Part shown: positions 12,603 through 25,245 of the stretch, one piece after another
How positions within the stretch are numbered: the stretch's first letter is position 1
Layout of the letters: each line of letters opens with the position of its first letter
From: Octopus sinensis
Taxonomy: Eukaryota
Assembly (NCBI RefSeq): GCF_006345805.1
Contig: NC_043017.1
Location: forward strand, 31,558,001-31,622,000
DNA length: 64,000 bases
Reading direction: 5' to 3'
The notes under the pieces: model-generated
What the model was told of the DNA's origin: nothing
Databases searched by the model: none
What the model saw: the letters and a program-made list of their open reading frames with translations, nothing else
Translations under genes and position numbers: made by a program

Positions 12603-13457
12603 GAGTGAGAGAGCAGTGCATTCCATCAAAGTGACACTGGGGTAAAATATATGAAGCCCAATATACCCATCATGACTACCCATCTGATAAGGTTACCCAA
12701 AGTACATGCATCACAACCACATGTGCACAACATGGGGATCTCAGATCAAGATAAACAGCACATGACCTTGCAGGTGGGGCCCAGTTGGAATTTTCTTCAG
12801 GTCAAGTAACCCATCCCGCTCAAGACGTCTTTGAATAAGGGTTGTTTTAGGATGTTAAACAAAACACCCATGCTTCCAGACGTAAATTATTTAAACTATA
12901 AAGAATCCCTCTCAACACATGGCTATGATGCTCCCCCACTACTTCTGCTTGTGATCAGAGATGCACATATTGACAGCCAACAAGGGACATAATCAACTGG
13001 TTAAGGTCAAACAACTGACAAGCAAATCTGTGGCATTGAGCAGAATGTTTTCTGTAGCCCATCTTTTATACCAAGACAAAATATGTACATGATAATATTT
13101 CCAATGAGTTCAGACCAGAAGCTCAGAATTATTGTTATTATTTTTAAGGTGGTGTGCTGGAAGAATTATTAACACACTAGGCAAAATGCTTAGTAGCATT
13201 TCACTGATGGTTCTGCATCAGGGAATTATTGTTACTAGCAAATCTGCCTTTCTACATCGACTCCAGTGCATAACTGGTACTTAAATTATCGACCCCGAAA
13301 GGATGAAAGGCAAAGTTGACCTCAATCTGTGGTATTGAGCGGAATATTTGCTGTAGTTCATCTTTTATACCAAGACGAATAAATGTACATGATAACACTT
13401 CCAATCAGTTATGATCAGAAGCCATGAGAGCCACTGCCTGGTATTGCATGAGGGCAT
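12603..13457 (-). mobile_element. Non-coding interspersed element embedded in a (TAA)n tract, with nested SINE D fragments (13146-13323)
   Basis: Complex sequence bounded on both sides by long (TTA)n; approx. 97-bp internal direct duplication (13026-13122 / 13324-13422). Family not assigned. Confidence 0.5.
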
Positions 13458-13539
13458 GTTATTATTATTATTATTATTATTATCATCATTATTATTATTA
13501 TTAATATTATTATTATCATTATTATTATTATTATTATTA

Positions 13540-13585
<46 letters not shown>

Positions 13586-13632
13586 CATTATTATTATCAT
13601 TATTATTATTATCATTATTATTATTATTATTA

Positions 13633-13681
<49 letters not shown>

Positions 13682-13692
13682 TATTATTATCA

Positions 13693-13727
<35 letters not shown>

Positions 13728-13795
13728 TATCATTATTATTATTATTATTATTATTATATTATTATTATTATTATATTATTATTATTATTACTATT
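13458..13795. repeat. (TTA)n microsatellite
   Basis: Directly visible. Confidence 0.95.
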
Positions 13796-14377
13796 TTAAG
13801 ATACAATTTTGCTTATCTGTGTTATAAACTTTTTCCCGTCGTGTAATTCATAATGTTTGGTGTTCTGCGCTTCGGTAGTAAAATTGTTTCTTGAATTATG
13901 GCACCATAAATATTCTAGAGCCTTAAAGGTTCTTTAATGCCGTGGGTGTTGAATGGCAGGATTTTTACAATTTTTCTGACATGTTTACAAAATGTGTATT
14001 TATGTTTGAAGCATTTATTTTTAGATGTATACTCTATGGACCTCATGCCATCATCACTACCTGGTTTATCGTTGTTGGTGTTGTTATTGTTGTTGTCAGT
14101 GTTATATATATATTTTTTCCCCAAAATCTGCATTTTCTTAGTTCTTTTCATTTTCTAGTTTTTAGATATTTGCATAACTTGTTTGACAGTGGATGAGCAT
14201 TTTACACACCTCGTAAGGTATGATTATTAAAGGAAATTTAGAACTTATTTTCCGAATATTCGTTGATGTGGTTTTCATGCGAGAAATATGTCGTGCGCCA
14301 AATATATCTTTTCTATCAGAATTATGGCTGTGACTATCCCCTTTTTTTAAAAAAAATAATAAACTATATTTTCAGTG

Positions 14378-14627
14378 TAGAGGCACGTGGCTTAGTGGTT
14401 AGGGTGTCAGCATCATGATTGTAAGATTGTGGTTTCAATTCCTGGACCGGGTGACGCGTTGTGTTCTTGAGCAAAGCACTTCATTTCACGTTGCTTCAGT
14501 CCACTCAGCTAGCAAAAATGAGTAACGCTGCGATGGACTGGCGTCCTGTCCAGCTGGGGAACACATACGCCATTGAAACCGGGAAACCGGGCCCATGAGC
14601 CTGGCTAGGCTTTAAAAGGGCGTATTT
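14378..14627 (+). mobile_element. SINE family C (tRNA head, CORE-like centre, GCGATGGACTGGCGTCC tail)
   Basis: A box TGGCTTAGTGG, B box GGTTTCAATTCC, centre TGTGTTCTTGAGCAAAGCACTT...AAAATGAGTA; diverged copy at 58108-58350. Confidence 0.8.
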
Positions 14628-14628
14628 G

Positions 14629-14945
14629 TGGAGGTGCAATGGTCCAGTGATTAGAGCAGCTGACTCGCGGTCGGAGGATCGTGGTTTCAATTCCCAGACC
14701 GGGCGTTGTGTGTGTTTATTGAACGTAAATACATAAAGCTCCACGAGGCTCTGGCAGGGGGGTGGGAGTGGCGATCCCTGTTGTACTCTTTTGCCCCAAC
14801 TTTCTCTCACTCTTTCTTCCTGTTTCTTGAGTAACGCTGCGATGGACTGGCATCCCGTCCAGCTGGGGGGAACACATACGCCATAGAAACCGGGAAACTG
14901 GACTCATGAGCCTGGCTAGGCTTGAAAAGTGTGCATAAATAAAAT
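14629..14945 (+). mobile_element. SINE family B head with tail type ii (same tail as family C)
   Basis: GGAGGTGCAATGGTCCAGTG head; after CCTGTTTCTT it switches to GAGTAACGCTGCGATGGACTGG... Confidence 0.85.
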
Positions 14946-14954
14946 ATTTCCAGT

Positions 14955-15140
14955 AGGGGCAAGCTGACAGAATCCTTAGTATGCTGGGCAAAATTCTTGG
15001 CAGTGTTTTGTCCGTCTTTATGTTTGTCCATCTTTATGTTCTGAGTTCATATTCCTCCGAGGTTGTCTTTACTTTTCATCCTTTCGAGGTTGATAAAATG
15101 AGTACCAGTTGAGTCCCGGGGCCGATGCAATCGACTTAAC
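14955..15140 (+). mobile_element. SINE D, older diverged copy
   Basis: GAGTTCATATTCC B box; CTTTTCATCCTTTCGAGGTTGATAAAATGAGTACC central domain. Confidence 0.7.
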
Positions 15141-15548
15141 TACTCCTGGATAAGAGTATAAAAACTACAGCCTTCTGCCAAGTCATGATGTGCCAGTGTG
15201 ACAGTGTAGCCCCATCAATCGAGTATGGTTTCAAGCTGAAATTTATGGCTCCCACATCAGACCGTAGTCGGTGAAGAGAACACGTAGAGGTCTCTGCTCT
15301 GCAGTGGACTGATCATAGACAATCGAATCCAATATATTCTGCATCTGTTTGTCCAATACCTTGAAAGCTGTTGTACGTGAGGAAGATTTGACTACAGTTT
15401 CATGCAGTACAAGTAATCACGTTGAAGCTCCCTCGTAAGCTCAAGAAAATACAATGTTACATGAAGGTCTCGTTAATAGCGATTAATAGCTCCAAGTCGA
15501 ACATTACAGTGTGGAAAATCACACGAACAAGGAAATGTATAACTGATG

Positions 15549-15930
15549 GGAGGCGCAATGGCCCAGTAGTTAGGGCAGCGGACTTGCGGTCGTAGGATCG
15601 CGGTTTCGATTCCCACACCGGGCGTTGTGAGTGTTTATTGAGCGTAAACACCTAAAGCTCCACTAGGCTCCGGCAGGGGATGGTGGCGATCCCTGCTGTA
15701 CTCTTTTACCACAAATTTCTCTCACTTTTACTTCCTGTTTCTGTTGTACCTGTATTTCAAGGGGCCGGCCTTGTCACTCTCTGTGTCACGCTGAATATCC
15801 CCGAGAACTACGTTAAGGGTACACGTGTCTGTGGAGTGCTCGGCCACTTACACGTTAATTTCACGAGCAGGCTGTTCCGTTGATTCGGATCAACCGGAAC
15901 CCTCGTCGTCGTAACCGACGGAGTGCTTCC
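15549..15930 (+). mobile_element. SINE B with tail type i, 14-bp TSD
   Basis: TSD ATGTATAACTGATG at 15535-48 and 15931-44; A box TGGCCCAGTAG, B box GGTTTCGATTCC. Confidence 0.92.
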
Positions 15931-16647
15931 ATGTATAACTGATGACATTGCTTAACGTTGCTAATGTCAGCGGAATATCGTGACACAACGGATCAATGAT
16001 AAGCGGTAACTACTTAACAATCAAAATTGTTAAATTTTGCCACCGTTTTAAATTCAGTTTCAGATTTGAAAATTTTATTAAAATCCACAAGCATGAGCAT
16101 AAATTTATTGAACAAAGCTTCATTTATTGGCAAATTAATTTAAAACAGGAGGCTTGTTTTGAAGATTAAAAAAAAAATTTTTGTCATATTTTTTTAGCAG
16201 GATCTAATTACATTCAGTATATCTCAAGTTTTTGTTTTTGCTGCATGGTCGATAACGTGATTTTCATCCATTAATTTCTGTTTTGCATTTTCGTATTCAA
16301 AAAAAAACCCCCAAAAACATCGAGTTCTTATATTGTAAAAATTTATTTGTCACAATAGGTTTTTTCTTTAGCATCAGGTTGTTCAAAAGTGTACTATTAC
16401 TCCATCTCAGTAGGCTCAGCACACTTAATAAGGCTCATTGAGGATTCCCGTATAGCCAAGTTGTAGGCAGAATCCTGTAATTTGTTGCAAATCATTAGCA
16501 AACCATGAAATAATTTTTACCCTAAAAATCGCATTTTATTTACTGTAACTTCGTCCTACGCTTGAACGACGTTAGCAAGTGTTGACAAACTCAGTCACGC
16601 ATCAGAAACTGTCAACGCTATATAAGCTTGAATCAGTTTCTAACATA

Positions 16648-17066
16648 TATTTCTTTACTACCCACAAGGAGCTAAACGTAGAGGGGACAAACAAGGACAG
16701 ACAAAGGGATTAAGTCGATTACATCGACCCCCAGTGCAAAACTTGTACTTTATTTATCGACCTCGAAAGGATGAAAGGCAAAGTCGACCTCGGCGGAATT
16801 TGAACTCAGAACGTAACGACAGACGAAATACCTATTTCTTTATTACCCACAAGGGGATAAACATAGAGGGGACAAACAAGGACAGACAAAGGGATTAAGT
16901 CGATTACATCGACCTCCAGTGCGTAACTGGTACTTAATTTATCGACCCCGAAAGGATGAAAGGCAAAGTCGACCATGGCGGAATTTGAACTCAGAACGTA
17001 ACGACAGACGAAATACTGCAAAGCATTTCGCCCGGCGTGCTAACATTTCTGCCAGCTCGCTGCCTT
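16648..17066 (-). mobile_element. SINE D dimer (full + 5'-truncated monomer), 16-bp TSD
   Basis: TSD ATCAGTTTCTAWCATA at 16632-47 and 17067-82. Confidence 0.9.
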
Positions 17067-17158
17067 ATCAGTTTCTATCATAAGGCATCGAAATCAAACA
17101 CAACCGAAACCAAATTTATTATGAAACAACAAAGAAATAAAACGTATAAAAGTTATCC

Positions 17159-17590
17159 GGAACTATTCGGTTTGAACGGCAGTTTTTTCTAGCGGTGTCA
17201 TATGAAATTGTCACCCATAATTGTGACCCTAGAATCGATCTATTGCATTTCTATCTGCTTTAGGGTTAGGGTTAGTGTGGGTTAGGATTAGGGGTGGGGG
17301 AAGGGTATCTTTTTTTCTTCACAAATGTAAATAAACCCAATCTGTTTCTTAAACGAGGGAATATTCATACGGCACAGAATGTTTTCACCTCAATAGACGG
17401 TCATTGATTGGTTGAAATTGAAGAAATTGAAGAAGAAAAAACAACAAATATCTTACAAACTATAGAATTTTCTTAATAAAGCCAAGAGAAAAAGATGTTT
17501 TATAAACACATTCTGCCAGTATATGAAGTTTAAATTTTTTTAGTTACCTCGAAATTATGTTAAAAACTGCCGTTCAAACTGAAAAGATCC
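17159..17590. mobile_element. MITE with approx. 29-bp TIRs and 8-bp TSD (Merlin/MULE-like), internal TTAGGG-like repeats
   Basis: GGAACTATTCGGTTTGAACGGCAGTTTTT ... AAAAACTGCCGTTCAAACTGAAAAGATCC; flanks AGTTATCC / AATTATCC. Confidence 0.8.
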
Positions 17591-17844
17591 AATTATCCAT
17601 AGAAAAACAGAAAACTGGAAAATACTCGATGTCAAAATGATCAGGAAATTTAAACTTTATCCCTAAATTCCATAAATGGCATAAATGAATCCATTTCGAC
17701 AGACTTCTCAGTTGCTTAATTTCTTCTTGGTTACCTTTTATGCTTGATTGAACGGAAGAGGCAACCAAGAACACGAGATAATAATGAAGAAGAGATCGAA
17801 TGAGTGACTTTCTGTCTCAAGATCATTTATGATCTCATCTCATC

Positions 17845-18273
17845 AGGCGCAGGAGTGGCTGTGTGGTAAGTAGCTTGCTAACCAACCACATGGTTCCGGG
17901 TTCAGTCCCACTGCGTGGCATCTTGGGCAAGTGTCTTCTGCTATAGCCCCGGGCCGACCAATGCCTTGTGAGTGGATTTGGTAGACGGAAACTGAAAGAA
18001 GCCTGTCGTATATATGTGTATGTATGTGTATGTATGTGTATGTATGTGTGTGTGTGTGTGTTTGTGTGTCTGTGTTTGTCCCCCTAGCATTGCTTGATAA
18101 CCGATGCTGGTATGTTTACGTCCCCGTCACTTAGCGGTTCGGCAAAAGAGACCGATAGAATAAGTACTGGGCTTACAAAGAATAGGTCCCGGGGTCGATT
18201 TGCTCGACTAAAGGCGGTGCTCCAGCACGGCCGCAGTCAAATGACTGAAACAAGTAAAAGAGAGTAAAGAGAG
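17845..18273 (+). mobile_element. SINE A, full length, young
   Basis: AGGCGCAGGAGTGGCTGTGTGG head through ACTGAAACAAGTAAAAGAG tail. Confidence 0.92.
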
Positions 18274-18944
18274 TTAACAACGAGGCTACAAGGCGCGCCA
18301 ATATAAATTGGAACATTTGTGGACAGATTCCAGGATTTCATTCGAAACATTGATATTTGAACTCGGATGTGTCTCAACTAGGCAACTGCGGATATTCATT
18401 TCATATATAAAGAAATAATTTTGGGGGTACTACCACACAATACAGGCTCATCGATTTATTTTAATACCGAATACTTTCTTTGATTATTTTCATTTCTCTT
18501 CTTTATCACTTGTCAAAGAGATTGGCTAATTTTGTGCGGCGTCAAATATATCCATAAGTTCTTCTCGGATGAGTACAACGGGATATGACGCCGGTTGTTT
18601 CACAGTTTTGCGCTTCGAGTTTCTTTTAACCTTCTGCACCGCAATTTCTTCACAAAGGATGCCTGCTTACGTTTCTCGGTTATTCACATTTCACTGTCTA
18701 ACGACAGTGATCGGCTGTTACATATTTTCTTTGATAACGACTTCCAATACGTTTGATCTCCATTTGTTTTATCTTTTATGTGAATAAATAATGAAAATTA
18801 ATCCGGCCATGGTTCAAACATCAGAAAATTATATATTTATGAAATGAAACAGTAATGGCGGAAATTCAATCCCCCCGCACACACATTTTATTTCTTAAAT
18901 TATATTTTCAGTATCTATTATTTCAGTACATGCATAATTATAAT

Positions 18945-19368
18945 GTCGGTTTCAGATTCTGACACAATGTCAGGAACTTGGAAAGGGGTAAATCGATTGC
19001 ATCGACCCCAGTACTCAACTGCTATTTATTTTATCGACCCCGAAAAGATCTAAGACAAGTCGACTCAGAACCTAAAGACGGGCGAAATTCCGCTAAGCAA
19101 TTTTCTCGGCATTCTAACGATTCTAACAGCTCACCGCCTTAAACTCCATGTATATTGGTTTCAAATTTTGGTACAAGGCCAGCACTTTCGGGATAGGGTG
19201 TAAGTCAAATACATTGACAGCTGTACGCAGCTAGTACTTATTTTATCGACCCCGAAAGGTTGAAATGCAAAGCTGACCACGGCAGGATTTGAACTCGGAA
19301 AATAAAGACGGACGAAATGCCGCTAAACATTTTTTTAGCTTGCTAGCTATTCTATCAGATCGCCGCCA
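18945..19368 (-). mobile_element. Two tandem older SINE D-related copies with a different 3' end (TACCAAAATTTGAAACC)
   Basis: TATCGACCCCGAAAG...TTGAACTC core twice; the same 3' end is seen at 1-50 and 29535-29750. Confidence 0.7.
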
Positions 19369-19395
19369 CTATGGACTATATATATATATATATGT

Positions 19396-19684
19396 GGAGG
19401 CGCAATGACCCAGTGGTTAGGGCAGAGGACTCACGGTTTCGATTCCCAGACCGGGCGTTGTGAGTGTTTATTGAGCAAAAACACCTAAAGCCCCACGTGG
19501 CTCCGGCAGGGGATGGGGGCGGACCCTACTGTACTCTTTCGCCACAACTTTCTCTCACTCTTTCTTCTGTTGTCCTGCTCGCTTAGCCAGCGGGGTGGCA
19601 TCATTTGATGGCTAAAGTAATGTGAAGCGCATTGTGACCAGCGATGTGTAGCAAAATCTGATAGCCTGGTCGGTCACGGTCACG

Positions 19685-19688
<4 letters not shown>
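19396..19688 (+). mobile_element. SINE B head with tail type iii, inserted in (TA)n
   Basis: B head, then CTGCTCGCTTAGCCAGCGGGGTGG...GGTCACGGTCACGGGGA; (TA)n on both sides. Confidence 0.8.
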
Positions 19689-19726
<38 letters not shown>

Positions 19727-19930
19727 CAAAATAGCTGGAAGATAACGCAGGGGAGAGATCCCTATACTAAATGCATAAAGTCTCTAAATAGATAGTCTCT
19801 CATATGTAATACAATGAGTGGAAAAATCTTTGGTGACTCGAGATTAACCAAACGATTAGAATGGAAAAATGCCTATCAGGGGTGTTTAAAATTAGAAACA
19901 ACCTGAGTTGACAAAAAATGTTGACTATAT

Positions 19931-20095
19931 AGGCGCAGGAGTGGCTGTGTGGTAAGTAGCTTGCTAACCAACCACATGGTTCCGGGTTCAGTCCCACTGC
20001 GTGGCATCTTGGGCAAGTGTCTTCTGCTATAGCCCCGGCCGACCAATGCCTTGTGAGTGGATTTGGTAGACGGAAACTGAAAGAAGCCTGTCGTA

Positions 20096-20151
<56 letters not shown>

Positions 20152-20390
20152 ATATTATATATGTATATATATATGCATGTGTGTGTTTGTGTGTCTGTGT
20201 TTGTCCCCCTAGCATTGCTTGACAACCGATGCTGGTGTGTTTATGTCCCCGTCACTTAGCAGTTCAGCAAAAGAGACCGATAGAATAAGCACTGGGCTTC
20301 TAAAGAATAAGTCGATTTGCTCGACTAAAGGCGGTGCTCCAGCATGGCTGCAGTCAAATGACTGAAACAAGTAAATGAGTAAAAGAGAGT
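19931..20390 (+). mobile_element. SINE A, full length, 31-bp TSD
   Basis: AACSTGAGTYGACAAAAAATGTTGACYATAT at 19900-19930 and 20391-20421. Confidence 0.92.
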
Positions 20391-20420
20391 AACGTGAGTC
20401 GACAAAAAATGTTGACCATA

Positions 20421-20600
20421 TGAGGGGGTGCTGAAAAGTCCCTGGCTTTGGGTAAAATAAAATATAGGAGGATCAGTTAATTATGATCTTATTCAACATA
20501 TTTCCCACCCGAGATTCACGCACTTATTGTAGCTGTCCTTCAGTTTTTCTAAGCCTTGTGAAAATACTCGGATGTTTGGGCCTCCCACCAGACCTTTCTT
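20421..20600 (-). mobile_element. mariner-like terminal fragment
   Basis: TA-TGAGGGGGTGCTGAAAAGTCCCTGG TIR-like end followed by a decayed C-terminal transposase region. Confidence 0.55.
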
Positions 20601-20694
20601 CACAACTCCAAGTATCTTACTCCCCTCCCTTGCTCTGTATCCCACTTCCTCAGCCACTACCACCACAACCACCCAGCCGCCGTCACATGTGATC

Positions 20695-21560
20695 TCAGAT
20701 ACTTAAAGAAACACTCACCTCCTCTAACATCTCACCATTTATACTCACATCCATCCTCTGAGTCATTCCATCTCTCAAATATCTCATCACCTTACTCTTA
20801 TCTACTTTCACTTTCAGTTTCCTCCTCTCACACACTCTTCCAAATTCCACCAGTCTCCTCAGTCTTCCAAACTCCACCACCAGTCTCCTCAGCTACTCTT
20901 CTGAATCTGCCGCCAGTGCTGTATCATCAGCAAACAACAACTGCCATTTCCCTCCATTTTCTCCCACCATTTGGGCTCCCCTACCAAAGGTTCTAGCATT
21001 TACCTCTCTCACCACACCATCCATATATAAATTAAACAACCACGGAGACATCACATAACCCTGTCTTAATCCCCACCTTCGCATCAAACCTATTTCTTTA
21101 CTACCCACAAGGGGCTAAACACAGAGTGGATAAACAAGGAGAGACAAACGGATTAAGTCGATTACATCGACCCCAGTGCGTAACTGGTACTTAATTTATA
21201 GACCCCGAAAGGATGAAAGGCAAAGTCTACCTCGGCGGAATTTGATCTCAGAACGTAACGGCAGACGAAATACGGCAACGCATTTCGCCCGGCGTGCTAA
21301 CGTTTCTGCCAGCTAGCCACCTTTATATAAATTAAACAACCACGGAGACATCACATAACCCTGTCTTAATCCCCACCTTCGCATCAAACCACTCACTTAT
21401 TTCACCACCCGCCAACCCTAACGTACGCCCAACTTTCTCTATAAAGACTCTGAACAGCTCTCAGCAATCTACCATCTACTCTATACAACCGCAACACCTG
21501 CTACATCCCTATCCACACAGTCATATGCCTTCTCTAGGTCCATAAAGGCCAAATATACCT
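20695..21560 (-). pseudogene. RTE-clade LINE reverse transcriptase fragment interrupted by SINE D
   Basis: AFMDLEKAYD (about 21520-21550), GLRQGYVMSPWLFNLYMDGVVREV, LLFADDTALAADSEE, EFGRVCERRKLKVKVDKSKVMR. Confidence 0.9.
21091..21323 (-). mobile_element. SINE D monomer with a 67-bp perfect target duplication
   Basis: 21024-21090 is identical to 21324-21390. Confidence 0.92.
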
Positions 21561-22048
21561 TATTAGAATGTATCAATTACTTATATCATAACTAATGAAA
21601 TATTTGGTGTAAAATAAGAGAAATGAGATAAAAAAATTTGTTTGTTATGTGTCACGGTGCCCTCCTTTTTATGTACTCGTCCCCACTAACTCTAGACCCT
21701 GACCACGCCTCTGAGTTGGATATCAAGTTTTCAGTTTTCACATTTGTAATCGAACTTATACATCAATCTCATCATCAAAAGCTTGTTCATGGGTCTACGT
21801 ATCTGTAGGTTGTTATAAATAATAAGGGCTGAAATTTTAGTGTTTATGTAGTAAAGCGGATTGCATCCTAATTTATAAGTATTTATAAGTATTTTGATCT
21901 CAATGCCCTCTAGTTAATGTATAGCTAGAGTTCATTTGGTTCATATAATGCTCATTATAGTGGTTTGTGTATCTTTAATAGGTGTACCGTTTTAATGTAT
22001 TTGCTTAGCAGATCCTGTGCCAAAATTTGAACAACTATCAACATTCTT

Positions 22049-22083
<35 letters not shown>

Positions 22084-22084
22084 C

Positions 22085-22362
22085 AATTGCAGCGTGGAAG
22101 GTGTTTATACGCAATTTAAAAACACAAAAACCATCAAATTCACTTCAGCATGGAAATTTAATTTGACAAAATATTTTCGTCGCTTTGAAACCGCAGCACG
22201 GAATTTTATCCGTGAACAGGTCACAGTTTCAAAATGACGAAAATCTTTTGACAAATAATTTCTATGTTGAAGTGAATCTAACGGTTTTTGTGTGTTCTGA
22301 AATGGCTTATAAACGCCTTCCACGCTGTAATTGTTCTTGTTTCAGCACACGATCTCAGATCA
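22085..22362. mobile_element. Fold-back element family P4 (probable Penelope-type inverted end)
   Basis: Approx. 105-bp inverted arms AATTGCAGCGTGGAAGG.../...CCTTCCACGCTGTAATT; second copy at 39115-39390; both next to microsatellites. Confidence 0.65.
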
Positions 22363-22388
22363 AGTGACTTGCTATACAAGTATCTCCG

Positions 22389-22428
<40 letters not shown>

Positions 22429-22453
22429 CAATACAAGTATCTCCGTAATATAT

Positions 22454-22486
<33 letters not shown>

Positions 22487-23109
22487 CACAATAAGAAATC
22501 TCTGAACGAGGTATAGACAGTAACTGCACGACAATGTGAGGTATATTTGCCATCTCAATATGGCTAACCACTAAGGATGGATGTTACTGTAGCTTGTAGC
22601 CCCAGGAGAACATCTTCTCCAGCTGGCTATAGGCACACTTTCTGTGCCCTAGCGGTATTTGCAAAGAGAGGTCATCCTTCCCTCATCAACCTAAGTGATA
22701 CGCACGGACTGCAGTTTCTGGGTATTCACCCGTCATCAGCGCACGACAATCACCTGTTTTCGATGAAAGGAGTCCCAATGCAAATATTTATATCCTTTTT
22801 CCAGTACATATATATATATGTTTGTGCGCGTGTGTACCAGAGTGCCATGTGCATATAAATCGTGGATTGTCTAGATGATTCGCCTACAACCCAAGAGGGT
22901 GCATGATGCTGACAAGCCACAAAGGTGGAGAAACAACCATGTCTATCATTCGCAAATGGGATTGATAGTGAGTTATCTCGCCTGTCCATGACTAACACGT
23001 TTTTAGCACCGCCGACATGAGTGTATATATACTCTGCTACGGCATTGCATTCACCGGAAAATGCACAAAGTATATACATTAGTATATGTATTTAATAATA
23101 ATAATAATA

Positions 23110-23141
<32 letters not shown>

Positions 23142-23248
23142 TATAATAATAATAATAATAATTATTATTATTATTATTATCATTATTATTATAATAATGA
23201 TAATAATAATAATAATAATAATAAATAATAATAATAATAATAATAATA

Positions 23249-23281
<33 letters not shown>

Positions 23282-23311
23282 ATACGTATATATATATATA
23301 TATATATATAT

Positions 23312-23370
23312 GATTTTGATTTTGATTTTCCAGTTTCAGCTAATGAGCTGTGGCCATGCTGGGGCACCGC
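23312..23370 (-). mobile_element. Extremely 5'-truncated 3' tip of the CR1/L2-group LINE
   Basis: TTTCAGCTAATGAGCTGTGGCCATGCTGGGGCACCGCC matches 4591-4628, with a (GATTTT)n tail. Confidence 0.85.
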
Positions 23371-23384
23371 CATATATCGTCTTT

Positions 23385-24588
23385 ATCTTCGAAACGCGGA
23401 GTAGATTAAACAGAGGCGGCTGAAGAAGGGGAATTTTCCTTGTGTTGTATTTCTTGTACTCTATTTTTTCGTTGTTTAAGAAAAATGTCCATTTCCTTGG
23501 TTTTGTGTTTGTTTTCGTTTCTCATTGTGTTCGACGTTTTTTGTTTTGTTTTTTAGGTGTCCTGTCGCCATATATGCATGTATATATACATATAGATGTA
23601 ATGAATTAATAAATAAAACATATGCATATATACATACTTATATGTAAGTACCTACCTCTACATGTATATATACATGCCTATATGGGTACAGGACACCAAA
23701 AAAAAAACGCCGAACACAATGAGAAACGAAAACATAAACACAAAACCAAGGAACTGGACATTTTTCTTAAACAACGAAAAAATAGAGTACAGGACATACA
23801 ATACAAAGAAATTCCACTTCTTCAGTCGCCATGGTTTCATCTACTCTGCGTTTCGAAGGTGAAGGCGATACGCATCTTCAATAGAAACTTTACTTCCCGC
23901 GAAAAGCAAATTAAATAAAATTTGAGATCTTTTTGCGGAGGGGTAAAAATGGTAACAAAAACAGGACAGTAACGACAGTACAAAATATAAACAGTAAAAG
24001 ACAGGACAAGGAGAATAACAAGACAAGAAGGGCTGTTAAGCCGAACGAGATAAAGTGTTACGAACGCTATTTTTGAGAACGGCGAAGGAGCAACAGAAAA
24101 TACCGTCAACACTTCAAGGAAGCCAGGTCAGAAAAACTGTAGCAGAGCTCTCGTCGCGGGTCAACGACGGGAGGGAGGGGGAGGAGCAAGAGAAAGGGAG
24201 AGAGAAAAAGGTAATGGTTGTGAGGAAACCAGAAAGAATGAAGAATGAGAGAGAGACAGTGGGGGAGAGACAGTAAGGTAGAAGAAAAAGAAACCAGAAA
24301 GAATGAAGGCTGAGAAAGGGAGGGGACAGAAAGGTTAAGAGTGCGCATCATTATTAATATTAAGAACAATCTTACTTAGAAATGGATGCGTGCGTTCCGT
24401 CATATAATGAATTAATAAATAAAACATATGCATATATACATATATATATGTACGTACCTACCTCTACATGTATATATACACGCATATATGGGTATATGTA
24501 GGTACGTACATAGATGTATGTATATATGTATATGTTTTATTTATTAATTCATTATATGACGGAATGCACGCATACATTTCTAAGTAAG
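23385..24588. mobile_element. Composite Penelope-like relic (family P2): inverted and partial tandem pLTR-like segments
   Basis: 23385-23600 is inverted relative to 23655-23860; 24371-24588 is a second fold-back sharing the ATGAATTAATAAATAAAACATATGC end; other copies at 39410-39640 and 51420-51695. Confidence 0.6.
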
Positions 24589-24600
24589 TTCTATACACAT

Positions 24601-24635
<35 letters not shown>

Positions 24636-24863
24636 TTACTCTCTCTTTTACTCTTTTACTTGCTTCAGTCATTTGACTGTTTAGTCTTGTTTCAGTAGGT
24701 CCCGTTGAATCTTGTTGTGTGCGACTAATTGTGGCACTTGGTATTGAATTTATTGCTTTTCTTTCTTTCGCTGCCTTTTCCCACTTTTTTCTTTTTCTTT
24801 CATTTTTCGTTCATGTTTGTGTTTTCTTCGGTTTTCGATTTGTAGTTCAACGTAGTTTTGTAT

Positions 24864-24982
<119 letters not shown>

Positions 24983-24994
24983 ATATATATAATA

Positions 24995-25025
<31 letters not shown>

Positions 25026-25182
25026 GTATGTATATAATATATATATTTACATATAATACATATATATACATACATATATGTATGTAATAGAATTAATATT
25101 ATGATGTACCACTAAAAATAAAAATATTCGAAGTGATTTACATGAGCGCAAATATAATTTCTCAGTGTCCATGGATTCATAG

Positions 25183-25245
25183 TGACGTCATATAAAATTG
25201 ACCAATCGTAAAGAAGATGGGCGGAGTTTATGATTTATTCACGTG
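25183..25245. promoter_or_regulatory. Candidate promoter motif cluster
   Basis: TGACGTCA (25183), TATAAAA (25191), CCAAT (25202), GGGCGGAG (25219) and CACGTG (25240) within 63 bp of non-repetitive DNA. Confidence 0.3.

Noticed and set aside
15549-15625. tRNA gene (also the heads at 60683, 17845 and 27074)
   Set aside because: A/B boxes are present but there is no proper acceptor stem or terminator; each continues into a SINE body, several with TSDs.
20695-21560. Horizontal transfer of the RTE fragment
   Set aside because: RTE elements are known to transfer horizontally, but this cannot be assessed without database comparison.
23388-23440. Type II hammerhead in family P2 (GAAACGCG...CTGAAGA)
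   Set aside because: Could not build convincing stems I/III or an NUH site.
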